From the NCBI RefSeq assembly GCF_963921235.1, contig NC_086097.1:11160001-11224000 (forward strand): 64,000 nt of DNA. The letters run 5' to 3'. Shown here piece after piece: positions 48,263 to 59,979 of the stretch. Positions within the stretch are counted from its first letter, which is position 1; each line of letters begins with the position of its first letter. The DNA comes from Mobula hypostoma. Lineage: Eukaryota. The position numbers and the translations under genes were made by a program. The notes under the pieces were generated by a model that was given only the letters and a program-made list of their open reading frames with translations, did not search any database and was not told the origin of the DNA.

Positions 48263-49930
48263 AACTCTGTAACTCAGTAACGTTGCAAAAGGCTAAAAAG
48301 TTCTTTCTAGGCCTTGTAGAAACACATAACCTTTCAAAGTCTGAAGCAATCTGTTGCCATTCACCTGTCTGGATTCAACTTGACATCTTCCTTTGAACCC
48401 CTTCTTCATAAAACCTGATCACTGTAGCTCTGATGAACACTTTGTTCTTCATTACTACATACAACAGCCCTCACTGCAGCTTTAGGTGTCCAGCCAGGTT
48501 TATAAGATCCAATTTTCAGCCATGCTTTATCCACCGGCCTCTGGATCACAAAGCTGAACTATATTGTACCTACATTATGGTTGTACATTTTCCACTCAGC
48601 TCTTTCTTTCCCTTTGATAGCTAACGTTTATCATTTAGATGTCCTTTCTAAACAGTTCACCTACTTTAATCAAAGCATCCATTTATTTAAACAAAAAATG
48701 GATGCATGCATTACTAAATGACAATAAAAGAGGACTGCATGTCTTCATAATCTAAAAAAAAACTTCCAAAAAGCTACTTACTTTCAGAGGAAAGATGTTG
48801 AAATGATCAACTATTTAGTTAAATTGAAATTAGAAACAGACAATTGAGGAATCTCTGTGCTGCTATAAGATATTATTGAAGTATACCTGCAATTAGCAGA
48901 TGACACTTTTTCAATTCCTCCTTATAGAGGGTTGGTATTACTTAATCCATTACTTGGACAATGATTCTTTTTCCCAGCAGTTAGTTTCTCTGTCGTTGTT
49001 TTAGCTACTCTTCTCAAGTATTTTGGGTTAGAAGAAGAATTTTATTAGCATGTCAATTGTAAGAGATATTCATTTTCTGTAATGTGCTAATGTAAAAAGC
49101 TAACCGGTGTTGCTGGGATTCTTTGTAAGTAACAATTGACTGGCTTGGTATTGACTGTCAGGCCTGACAGACTCAGCTTTCCCCGTTCTATGACAGTGGC
49201 AGACATCTCAATCTAATAACAGTGTAAATTTTATTCAATTTGAATTAGTATTATTCAAAGACATTTCTATTTTGGTTAAAACGTCAAGGCCAGATTTTCT
49301 TCTGTCTTTGGAAAATACTGACTCAAACCAGAATCATAAAACTGTGGTGACAAAGAGGGAAAATATTTGGCCCATTGTAACTGTCCCACCTCGTTTGAGC
49401 ACTACATTAAATCCTCTCATGCTTTCCTTTTGATCATGAAATTGTTTCAGACTATCTAGTTCCTTTTAGAAAGCCTTGATTAACTCTGCTTCCATGATTC
49501 TTACTGGCGGCAATTCCCAGAGGATAACAGCTCTTTGCAAAGGATAAACCTCTCCTCCAACCTCCAACATAGCTTATGGCCATCGTTTCAAAAGAATAAC
49601 CTTCACTTTGCTTCAAGGAAAACATACCCAGCTTCTACGGCCTAACCTTACAGCTGAAATCCCTCATCTCTGGAATCAAAACGATATCATCTATTTTAAT
49701 AACCTCTCTCAACATGTCCTACTAATTTCAAATATTTATGCACATAGGCACCCAGGTCCTTCGGTTCCTGCACATCCTTACAACTGTGCCATTTAATCTA
49801 CATAGCTTCTTCCCTTTCTTCCTCTCAAAATATATTACTTCACAGTTTTCTGTGTTAAATTTTAGAGATTACCTGACATTTTTTCTGTCAACCTATTTTA
49901 TGTCTTCCTGAGATCTATATGCTTCTCCAA

Positions 49931-50138
49931 CCCACTGTTCACCAAATCACTAATGAGTTATTGTCATCTGCAAATTAACATAGTCCCTATGCAACGGGAT
50001 CCCACTGTTTACCAAATCACTAAAAGTTATTGTCATCTGTAAATTATCATAGTTCCTCTGCAATGGGATCCCACTGTTTACTAAATCGCTAACATTTATC
50101 GTCATTTGAAAATTAACATAGTCCCTCTGCAACTGGAT
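49931..50138. repeat. Tandem repeat, 3 x 69-70 bp
   Basis: Units start at 49931, 50001 and 50070 (cccactgtt.ac.aaatc.ctaa..gtcat.tg.aaatta.catagt.cct.tgcaa..ggat). Confidence 0.9.
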
Positions 50139-51061
50139 CCTTGACTTCCTTACCAGGAGACTACAGTCTGTGTAGATTGGAAATAACATCTCTTCCTCGC
50201 TGACAATCAATACTGGCGCACCTCAAGGATGTATCCTTAGCCCACAGCTCTAATGTCTGCACTCATGACCCATCAGCTCAAATACATCTATAAATTTGCC
50301 GGTGGCACTAGTATTGTTGGCAGCATTTCAGGTGGTGATAAGGAGGCGTACAGGAGTGAGATAGATCAGCTGATTGAGTGGAGTTGTGGCAACAACCTTG
50401 CACTCAGCATCAGTTAGACCAAAGAATTGACTATGGACTTCAAGAAGGGGGAGTCAAGGGAACACACACTAGTCCTCATCGAGGGATCAGCAGAGGAAAG
50501 GGTGAGCAGTTTCAAATTTTTGCGTGTCAACATATCTTAATATCTATCCTGGACCAAATATATTGATGCATTACAAAGAAGGCACTACAGCGGCCGTATT
50601 CATTAGGAGTTTGAGAAGAATTGGTACGTCACCCAAAGACATTGACAAATTTCTAGAGATGTACCAGGGAGAGTATTCTTGCTGGTTGCATCATCGTCTG
50701 GTATGGAGGATCAGAAAAAGCTGTAAACTGCAAAAAGGAGGCATTCATCATTAAGGACCCCATTCTCCCATGTCGTGCCATCCTCTCATTGATACCATCC
50801 AGGAGCCTGAAGACACACGCCCAATGTTTCAGGAACAGCTTCTTCCCCTCCGCCATCAGATTTCTGAATGACCAATGAACCCACAAACACTTCCTCAGTA
50901 TCTTCTCTTCTCTTTTTGCACTACCTATTTAATTGTTTTTTTCATATATATTTGTTACTGTAATTTATAGTTTTTATTATTGTGTACTGCAATGTACTGG
51001 TGCTGACAAACACAAAGTTAATGACATTTGCCTGTGCTATTAAACCTGATTCTGATTCTGA
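50122..51061 (+). mobile_element. Rex1/Babar-type LINE RT-to-3' fragment, decayed
   Basis: SLCNWILDFLTRRLQSV..TGAPQGC.LSP; FRNSFFPSAIRFLN; aaacctgattctgattctg tail. Confidence 0.85.
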
Positions 51062-51100
51062 TCCTAGAATATAGAACAGTATAGCATCTGAAGAGATTTA

Positions 51101-51778
51101 TAGATTAGATTAGATTAGATTATGAAGACACGTAGTCCTCGTTTATTGTCATTTAGAAATGCATGCGTTAAGAAATGATACAATCTTCCTCCAGTGTGAT
51201 ATCACAGAAACACAAGACAGATCAAGACTAAAAAACTGACAAAAAACACATAATTATAACATATAGTTACAACAGTGCAAAGCAATACTGTAATTTGATA
51301 AAGAACAGACCAAGGGCACGGTAAAAAAAAGTCTCAAAGTCTCTCGAAAGTCCCATCATCTCACGCAGACGGTAGAAGGAAGAAAACTCTCCCTGCCATG
51401 AACCTCCAGCGCCGCAAACTTGCCAATGCAGCACCCTGGAAGCACCCGACCACAGCCGACTCTGAGTCCGTCTGAAAACTTCCACCCTCCGACACTGAGC
51501 ACTGAACACCATCTCTGCTGAGCGCTTCAAGCCCGGCCCCGGCCACCAAGCAACAGGCAAAGCCGAGGATTCGGGGACTTCCCCTCCAGAGATTCTCATC
51601 GCACAGTAGCAGCGGCAGCGAAGCGGGCATTCCAGAAGTTTCTCCAGATGTTCCTCCATGCTTCTCATGTCTGTCTCCATCAAATCAGGATTGTGCATGG
51701 CATCCTACTTGACAAATACAGATATCATTCACTGGAGAGGCCGCGCGCACTTCGTCGCACTGCCATCTTCTCCTCCCC
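51101..51778 (-). mobile_element. (TAATC)n-tailed non-autonomous element, full length (copy 3)
   Basis: (TAGAT)4 at left end, gccatcttctcctcccc at right end; homologous to 4779-5413. Confidence 0.85.
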
Positions 51779-51784
51779 TTATGT

Positions 51785-52040
51785 AGTCCCGAAGAAGGAT
51801 CTTGGCCCAAAATATTGACTGTTCATTCATTTCCATAGATGCTACCTGACCTACTGAGTTTGTCCAGCACTTTGCGTGTGTTACTTTGGAGTTCTAGCAT
51901 ACAGTTTCTCGTATGTAGATTTGTGTTGGCCATTGAAAAGAGAAGACACAAGTATCTGCAGATGTTGAAATCTGGAGCAAGAAACAAGATGCTGAAGGAA
52001 CTCAGCGTGTCAAGTAATAGAGAAATGGACAGTTGACATC
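51785..52040. mobile_element. Two Penelope-derived termini in opposite orientations
   Basis: Plus copy ~51785-51917 (decayed hammerhead gtcccgaagaaggatcttggcccaaaatattgactg) and minus copy ~51945-52040. Confidence 0.65.
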
Positions 52041-52336
52041 AAAGGCTGAGGCTAGGAAATGTAGTGTGCTGGACATCAATGTGACAATGATCTCAATCCC
52101 AAATCCTGAATGATATGCCCCAGGCTTTTATTGTGGTTAATAATAAAGATTGTAGATTTCTCCCTGAAGCTCCGAATTCTGCAGGTAGTGGTGGAACCTG
52201 TCCCGTGTGATCCATGATGGCATTAACAGTGTGATTGGGCAGGGCAAGATCTGCCTGGCTGTGGTAGAGTATAACATAACAAGAAGGCTTGCTTCTGGTA
52301 CCCAATAATCATTAATTGACAAAGAAATTATCACAG

Positions 52337-53564
52337 ATTCACTCGTTTGTTATGTGACATGTTGTGAGCCCTAGGCAATTATGGGCTTCCCATGACCAGG
52401 AATGTTCTCGGCAAATTTTTCTGCAGAAATGGTTTGCCATTGGTCTCTTCTGGGCAGTGTCTTTACAATTTGGGTGACCCCAGCCATCATCAATACTCTT
52501 CAGAGATTGCTTGCCTGGCATCACTGGTCACATAACCAGGACCTGTGATATGCACCAGCTTAATGTGGATAAATGTGAGGTTATCCACTTTGGTGGCAAG
52601 AACAGGAAAGTAGATTATTATCTGAATGGTGGCCGATTAGGAAAAGGGGAGGTGCAACGAGACCTGGGTGTCATTGTACACCAGTCATTGAAAGCGGGCA
52701 TGCAGGTACAGCAGGCGGTGAAAAAGGCGAATGGTATGCTGGAATTCATAGCAAGAGGATTCGAGTACAGGAGCAGGGAGGTACTACTGTAGTTGTACAA
52801 GGCCTTGGTGAGACCACACCTGGAGTATTGTGTGCAGTTTTGGTCCCCTAATCTGAGGAAAGACATTCTTGCCATTGAGGGAGTACAAGGAAGATTCACC
52901 AGATTGATTCCTGGGATGGCAGGACTTTCATATGATGAAAGACTGGATTGACTAGGCTTGTACTCCCTGGAATTTAGAAGATTGAGGGGGGATCTGATTT
53001 AAATGTATAAAATTCTAAAGGGATTGGACAGGCTAGATGCAAGAAGATTGTTCCCGATGTTGGGGAAGTCCAGTACGAGGGGCCACAGTTTGAGGATAAA
53101 GGGGAAGCCTTTTAGGACCGAGATTAGGAAAAACTTCTTCACACAGAGAGTGGTGAATCTGTGGAATTCTCTGCCACAGGAAACGTTTGAGGCCAGTTCA
53201 TTGGCTATATTTAAGAGGGAGTTAGATATGGCCCTTGTGGCTAAAGGGATCAGGAGTATGGAGAGAAAGCAGGTACAGGGTTCTGAGTTGGATGATCAGC
53301 CATGATCGTACTGAATGGCAGTGCAGGCTTGAAGGGCCGAATGGCCACTCCTGCACCTATTTTCTATGTTTCTATCATACGACCATCCACCACCTGCTGC
53401 CATGGCTTCACACAAGCCTGATCGGTGGGGTGGGGGGTGGGGGAATGGGGGAAGGGGGAGATAAGCAGGAGCTACACCTTGCCCAAGTGAGATCCACAGG
53501 CTAGCATAGGGAAGGAGCACCTTACACCTCCTTTGGTAGAGACGTATTTCCACCCCTCCACCCA
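52337..53564 (-). mobile_element. RTE(BovB)-type SINE (copy 3) split by a CR1
   Basis: Left part ends tgcaccagct (52560), right part resumes catacgaccatcc (53376); ATCACAG direct repeat at 52330 / 53565. Confidence 0.8.
52557..53375 (+). mobile_element. CR1 LINE 3' part, young
   Basis: NVDKCEVIHFGGKN..QRDLGV..RPHLEYCVQFWSP..FFTQRVVNLWNSLP; (tttctatg) tail. Confidence 0.95.
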
Positions 53565-54103
53565 ATCACAGGTCCCATCATAAAGTGTATAGTTTTTATC
53601 TGTAATTTACATACAAAATGTGCATGTTAGTCTAATTTTGAGGCAATAATGCATAAAGCTAAGAGAGGCACAAATGAAGTGAAAAAGAAAGATCTGAATA
53701 AACAGGAGCTAAGGAATGGGGTCAACTTGAGCAAGATTAGAGTGAAGATTATTTTCTTCTCCAAAGTAATGATGGGGGTTTTGAACTCATTGGGTGAAGA
53801 CTTGATGAAAGCAGTAAAGTTCATGAAACACTCCAACTCCTGAAATGTGACATCCTCTCAACAGCTGGCAAACTTGAGTTGACATGGAATTGAAGGGTTG
53901 AGTGATGTCTTTCAATACCTTAACTTTCTATGTTGGCATATTATCACATACAGTAACAACGTTCTGCTAATGTCCCTTTGCAAGATATCATCAATTCACT
54001 ATGACAGGACGCATAAAAGTAACTAAACATTGCAGTGTGGAATTCCAGAGAAATAGTGCATTTCCAGAGGAGTACACAAGTTTCACATTGTGCTATATCA
54101 GAA

Positions 54104-54533
54104 TTACTTAATACTTACTACCTGTTACATTGCTGGCATTCAGGGCAGCAATGAAGGTACTCCATCTCTGGCAATGTTCAGGGCTTCCTTTATCATGTCA
54201 GTAGCTTCCACTTGGCTTTCCTTTCTGTTAGTCATACAAGCCCCAGGTGAAGACTCAGGAATACCATCGTGCTCAGGTACAGAAGGATTCTTCATTGCTG
54301 TTTCCCTAATGGTTTCATTTTACCAGTCAGGGTTGTTAGCCCTGAGCTGAACCCCTGAACCTGGAGGATCACTGGACCACTTTTAGTCAGTCCTCTACCC
54401 TTTCACCAGTTTGGCATGGTTGAACCTACCAACAGCCAAAGCAGAAAGCGCTGACTCCAGCCAACATAGCTCTCTGAATCACCAAAGCACACAAGTCTCC
54501 AAACCACGACAAGGTTGTGATCCCCTTGGAGGA
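54104..54533 (-). mobile_element. Bipartite Expander-like RTE non-autonomous element (copy 3)
   Basis: Homologous to the reverse complement of 12646-13018. Confidence 0.7.
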
Positions 54534-54620
54534 TATGACAGAAAGTGATGGACGCAGCACAGCCCACCACAGGCAACCCCTCCCACTACTGAGTACATTT
54601 ACATGGAGCCCTGCCACAAG

Positions 54621-54988
54621 TGGCGGGGTGGAGATACACTTCTTCCAAAGGATGTGTAAGGTGCAGCTTCCCCACCACCCCCCCCCCCGCTAGCCTGTGG
54701 ACCACACCTGGGCAAGGTGTAGCATCTACTTTCCACCGCCCCCCCCACCCCGATCAGCCATGGGAGCAGGTGGTGGATGGTCGTATAAGCAGCTGGTACA
54801 TATCACAAGTCCTGGTTATGTGACCACTGAACCAGGCAGACAATCTCTGAAGAGTATTGTTAATGGCTGGGATCACCTGTCTTATGAAGACACTGCCCAG
54901 AAGAAGGCAATGACAACCAACTCCTGCAGAAAAATTTGATGTGACCATGATTACCTACATCATACGACATGGCACATAATGATGATGA
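54621..54988 (+). mobile_element. RTE(BovB)-type SINE (copy 4)
   Basis: Exact 10-bp TSD CTGCCACAAG (54611-54620 / 54989-54998); (GAT)n tail. Confidence 0.9.
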
Positions 54989-55238
54989 CTGCCACAAGAA
55001 ATCAACATCCATTATCAAGGAGGTACAGATACCTTAGGTCCCACACCACCAAGCTCAGGACCAGTTATTGCCCTAGAGCCTCCTAAACTGACGTGGATAA
55101 CTTCACTCACCTCAACACTGAACTGATTTGACAACCTACTGAAACAACAGGAATTCTGCAGATGCTGGAAATTCAAGCAACACACATAAAAGTTGCTGGT
55201 GAACACAGCAGGCCAGGCAGCATCTCTAGGAAGAGGTG

Positions 55239-55276
55239 CAGTCGACATTTCAGGCCGAGACCCTTCGTCAGGACTA
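55239..55276 (-). ncRNA. Minimal hammerhead motif in the left Penelope arm
   Basis: UAGUC-CUGACGA-AGG..CCU-GAAA-U-GUC-GACUG; core intact, stem-III palindrome lost by C>T. The right-arm copy (56254-56291) has G8>A. Confidence 0.6.
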
Positions 55277-55635
55277 ACTGAAGGAAGAGTGAATAAGGAA
55301 TTTGAAAGTTGGAGGGGGAGGGGGAGATCCAAAATGATAGGAGAAGACCGGAGGGGGAGGGATGGAGCCAACAGCTGGACAGGTGATAGGCAAAAGGGAT
55401 AAGAGAGGATCATGGAACAGGAGGTCTGGGAAGAAAGACCGGGGGGGGGACCCAGAGGATGGGCAAGGGGGATATTCAGAGGGACAGAGGGAGAAAAAGG
55501 AGAGTGAGAGAAAGAATGTGTGTATAAAAATAAGTAACAGATGGGGTACGAGGGGGAGGTGGGGCATTAGCGGAAGTTAGAGAAGTCAATGTTCATGCCA
55601 TCAGGTTGGAGGCTACCCAGACGGAATATAAGGTG

Positions 55636-55958
55636 AGCAACACTTCACCTGTGAGTCGGTTGGGGTGATATACTGCGTCCAGTGCTCCCAATGTGGCCTT
55701 TTATATATTGGCGAGACCCGACGCAGACTGGGAGACCGCTTTGCTGAACATCTACGCTCTGTCCGCCAGAGAAAGCAGGATCTCCCAGTGGCCACACATT
55801 TTAATTCCACATCCCATTCCCATTCTGACATGTCTATCCACAGCCTCCTCTACTGTAAAGATGAAGCCACACTCAGGTTGGAGGAACAACACCTTATATT
55901 CCGTCTGGGTAGCCTCCAACCTGACGGCATGAACATTGACTTCTCTAACTTCCGCTAA
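55636..55958 (+). pseudogene. Penelope GIY-YIG endonuclease domain, 5'-truncated open frame
   Basis: QHFTCESVGVIYCVQCSQCGLLYIGETRRRLGDRFAEH..VATHFN..EEQHLIFRLGSLQPDGMN. Confidence 0.9.
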
Positions 55959-57004
55959 GGCCCCACCTCCCCCCTCGTACCCCATATGTTACTTATTTTT
56001 ATACACACATTCTTTCTCTCACTCTCCTTTTTCTCCCTCTGTCCCTCTGAATATATCCCTTGCCCATCCTCTGGGTTCCCCCCCACCTTTGTCTTTCTTC
56101 CCGGACCTCCTGTCCCATGATCCTCTCGTATCCCCTTTGCCTATCACCTGTCCAGCTCTTGGCTCCATCCCTCCCCCTCCTGTCTTCTCCTATCATTTTG
56201 CATCTCCCCCTCCCCCTCCAGCTTTCAAATCCCTTACTCACTCTTCCTTCAGTTAGTCCTGACAAAGGGTCTCGGCCTGAAACGTCAACTGTACCTCTTT
56301 CTATAGATGCTGCCTGGCCTGCTGCATTCACCAGCAACTTTTATGTGTGTTGCTTGACAACCTACTGAATAACTTTCAAGGACTCCTTACAAATCTGCAT
56401 TTTTTTATTGGTATTGGTCATCTTCTTTTGCACATTACTGTTTGTCAGGCTTCGTCTCTTTATGCATAGTTTTTTTTATTGTAATTCTTAACTTTTCCTG
56501 CAAATTCCCACAAGAAATTGAATCTCTAGGTAGTATATGGTAACATATATGTATTTTGATAACAGAATTACTTTGAACTTTGAAATTTGAAGTAATGAGG
56601 TCAGATTCGACAGCAACGTTCAAGAGGAGATGGGTAAGCTTCCGAAAAGAAATAATATAGAGGAGAGGGGAAGGAAACAGGACCAGCTGAATTAGACTGA
56701 CTCAAAGCTAGTAAAGATGTGACAGGCCAAATGTCCTCCTTTGTGCTGCACAATCCCTTGATTAACAAAATGTGAACTTTGGAAACCTGTATGCAGAAAG
56801 TGTAGGAATTGAATCAACATATGAGAAAATATAATGGGGTGAAGAATTGAGGTGAAGCCTTTCAAACAAACTCATATTAATTCCTTCAAAGAACTTGTCT
56901 AAAGCTTATGACTTTCCTTTGAATTTGGTTATTATTGTTGTCATGTGTGCCAAGATACAGTGAAAAGTGACTATCTGTGTGCCATCCTGTCATATGATGC
57001 CAGA

Positions 57005-57780
57005 CAAGATTCAAGATACAAGATTCAGGATTGTTTCATGTCATTTCCAGTACATATGTGTAAAGGAGAACAAAATAATTGTCACGTTAGATCTGATACA
57101 ACACAAAAAAAAACACAATAAGATAAAGAACACAATAATTAAAAAACACAATAATATAAATACATAAAATATCTTTTATGCCTGGATTGATAGTACAAAT
57201 GATAAAGATGTTCCAAGACCTCAACGGCGGAACAGGCGGATGAAGTTACTTCGAACTCAACGGCTGTGAAGGCGGATGAAGACTGCAACAAATCCATCAG
57301 CTCCAATTGTCGTGGTTTCCATACCATTGGAATCAGTTGGTTGATTTGTGAAGTATCGCGTGCTTCTTGGAGTGCAACACCAAGTACACGTTAAACAAAT
57401 ACACGCACAGGCATCTTCAGTCTGTAGGCCACTTCTTCAGAACGAAGACCATCATCCTCGACCTCGAGGGATAGCCAAGACAATTGTACAGGTTTGTCCA
57501 TAAAGTGAAGCTAGGCACAGGAGTGGCTATGCGTCAGCTGACTCTGACAGAAACGGATAAAGGTGATAAAGCAGTGGTGGTGCGGGGAATGGCGGGGCGT
57601 GGAGAGGTGGTTTAGTGGTTGGAGTTGTTGATCATCTTTACTGATTGGGGAAATTAATTGCTTTTGTGTCTGATGATGTGTCGGGCAGTTTTGACTTCTC
57701 GGTGTAGAGATGTCTTGTCTGCTGTAGTGCAGCTTCCAGTGCAGTGATGCAGCATGTTAGGACCCTCTCTACACTGAGGT
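57005..57780 (-). mobile_element. Rex-type LINE 3' fragment hosting the (GAC)-tail element
   Basis: Homologous to 43810-44400 (aaggagaacaaaataattg..; cagtgatgcagcatgttaggac). Confidence 0.65.
57213..57481 (+). mobile_element. Unclassified stem-loop/(GAC)-tail element (copy 2)
   Basis: Near-identical to 26961-27235; terminal hairpin CCTCG-acct-CGAGG. Confidence 0.75.
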
Positions 57781-58117
57781 GTGCATTACAGAGCACCTTT
57801 CACATCCCAAGATTCCGCAAGGTGTTTAACAGTCGAAGTATCTTTATAGTCATGATTATAATGCAAATACTATCAATGCCCATGGGGTATTCCTACATTA
57901 TCAAGCAAGCTCTTAAAATACAGCCTTGTCTTTACAGGCTGCATCTGTGGAAAAAGAAACAGAGTTAATGTTTCAAATCAAAGGCTCTTCTAAAGAAGGC
58001 TCATCAATATAAAATATTAACGCTGAAACTGAATGTGTCATTGACAGTGATATTCAAAGACACATCCATTTAAAGAATATATACCATTAAAACATGAAAC
58101 TCAAATTAAATACTTTC

Positions 58118-58625
58118 AAGGTTCAAAGTAAGGTTTATTATCGGGGTACATATATGTCACCAAACACAACATTCATTTTCCTGTGGGCATACTCAGCAAA
58201 TCTACAGAATAGTAATTATAAACAACATCAATGAAAGAACAAATGGAGTGCAGAGGACAACAAAACGTGCACATGTAGATATAAATAAATAGTAATAAAT
58301 AATGAGAACATGAAACAACAAGATAAAGAGTCCTTAAAATGAGCTCATTTGTTGTGGGAACATCTCAATGGATGAACAAGTTAATGTAGTTATTCCCTTT
58401 TGTTCAAGAGCCTGATGGTTGAGGGGTAGTACCTATTCTTGAACCTGATGGTGCAAGTCCTGAGTCTCCTGCACCTTCTATCTGATGGCAGCAGCAAGAA
58501 AAAACATCACCTGGGAGGTGAGGGTCTTTGATGATGGATGCTGCTTTCCTATGACAGCATTTCATGTAGATGTGTTCAATGGCTGGGAGGGCTTTACCAA
58601 TAATGTACTGGGCCAAATCCACTCC
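58118..58625 (-). mobile_element. Rex1/Babar-type 3' fragment
   Basis: AQYIIGKALPAIEHIYMKCCHRKAASIIKDPHLPG. Confidence 0.8.
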
Positions 58626-58842
58626 CTTGAATGGAAAGAGCCATGCACCATTTCTTTCTATTGGCTTCAATAGGTCAACTGCATATAAGAGGTTTGAAGT
58701 GGCCAATTTCTCAGCCTAAGAGGTGGGAACTTTGCTGAAAGTTCAACCAAAAGCCCCATGAATAAAGAAAGATACTGCTACCAGCTAAAGTTCAGATCAG
58801 CATGGCCAATGGACTTCCAGGAAGAGATGCAATAAGTCGGTG

Positions 58843-59020
58843 ATGGAGGTGGATATGATAGGGCCTTTTAAGAGACTCCTGGGCAGGTACATGGAGCTCA
58901 GAAAAATAGAGGGCTATGGGCAACCCTAGATAATTTCAAAGGTAAGGACATGTTCGGCACAGCTTTGTGGGCTGAAGGGCCTGTATTGTGCTGTAGGCTT
59001 TCTATGTTTCTATGTTTCTA
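58843..59020 (+). mobile_element. CR1 3' end (same subfamily as 46812)
   Basis: Matches 47097-47260; (tttctatg)n tail. Confidence 0.85.
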
Positions 59021-59332
59021 AGTCGCATAGAAATGCTGGTATACAGGTAAAATATTTGTCCCAGTTCTCTTGGGAAGAACCTGAACACAACTCTGATATA
59101 ATGGGAGAACTAAAAATATAAGGAGTGATGAGAATCTCGGAAATTTAAGGAATATGGAAGTAAATATTAAAACTGAGATATCACTGGATAGGAACTATTA
59201 TTAGTAATCGGTTAGAAAGTGTAGGGTGCATAGAGGTTCGCACACCAGAAGTACGGACTTGGTGGACTTCAAGTTTACAGAACATTCTGGTCTCAAGGTA
59301 ACGAGGGCAATGAGAGGATTCCAGGAAATCTT

Positions 59333-59492
59333 AAACATAAGAGATTCTGCAGATGCTGAAAATCTTGAGCATTTTTGGAGGGGAATGAACAGTCATTCCT
59401 AATGAAGATTTTTGGCCCGAAACGTCAACTGTTTATTTTCCTCTGTGGATGCTGCCTGACTTGCTGAGTTCCTCCAGCATTTTGCGTGTGTT
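59333..59492. mobile_element. Miniature inverted Penelope-terminus pair
   Basis: Minus-orientation terminus (gagattctgcagatgctg..) fused to plus-orientation terminus (ggcccgaaacgtcaactg..cctccagcattttg). Confidence 0.65.
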
Positions 59493-59979
59493 GAAGGGAT
59501 TTCAGCAGCTGATGAACTGAAGTGGGGCAGACCTGATATATGCAGTGAAGGTAAAAATAGTTAGACAAGATATGGGCAAGAATATAGGGCCTCAGCACAT
59601 TTCAATTTTAGGAAGGCAGGTTATTGCTGAAAGCTGTAGGAGAAGTAGCTTGGCTCTGGCCAAGAGTTCCCTTCAGCTCCTCTGAGATATCACACAGCCT
59701 ATTGTTCTTGCTCCCCTTCTCTAGTCTTCCCAGGGACCATAGCTTGCTGTAAATGCTGCTGGCATCCACACAATAGCTCTTAATGTTTCAGGAACATTAT
59801 AGCAATAAAGTAAGTCAGGGTCACTCAAGAACATAGGCAAAAGGATGGTAAACATTCCACAATAGTGTCCTGAAGTTAATCCAACAGAATTCCAACATCT
59901 GCTAATTATTTTTACAATCAAGCAGCCAGTAAGTTGAAAAAGTAAACTTGAAGTGGCTATCACATCGGTGAAGGCATAA

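Larger units (their letters stand above)
55144..56357 (+). mobile_element. Penelope-like element, 5'-truncated, with inverted pLTR arm
   Basis: Left arm 55144-55635 is the reverse complement of 55890-56357; 16-bp TSD TTGACAACCTACTGAA (55128-55143 / 56354-56369). Confidence 0.92.
54535..56585 (+). mobile_element. Rex-type 3' fragment hosting two nested insertions
   Basis: ..YIYMEPCHK|KSTSIIK.. is continuous across the SINE; 3' UTR is continuous across the Penelope; ends ctttgaactttga. Confidence 0.7.

Noticed and set aside
49950..50210. Repeat-protein ORF (VNLQMTI..SDLVNSGIPL)x3, or a CRISPR-like array
   Set aside because: A plain tandem triplication of TE sequence; no unique spacers and no cas genes.
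52511..52792. 93-aa ORF as a novel gene
   Set aside because: Chance read-through from the RTE-SINE into an inserted CR1 RT fragment.
53627..53843. Lys-rich ORF pair
   Set aside because: Likely a very old CR1 3' remnant (FFSKV..LNSL resembles FFSQRVV..WNSL).
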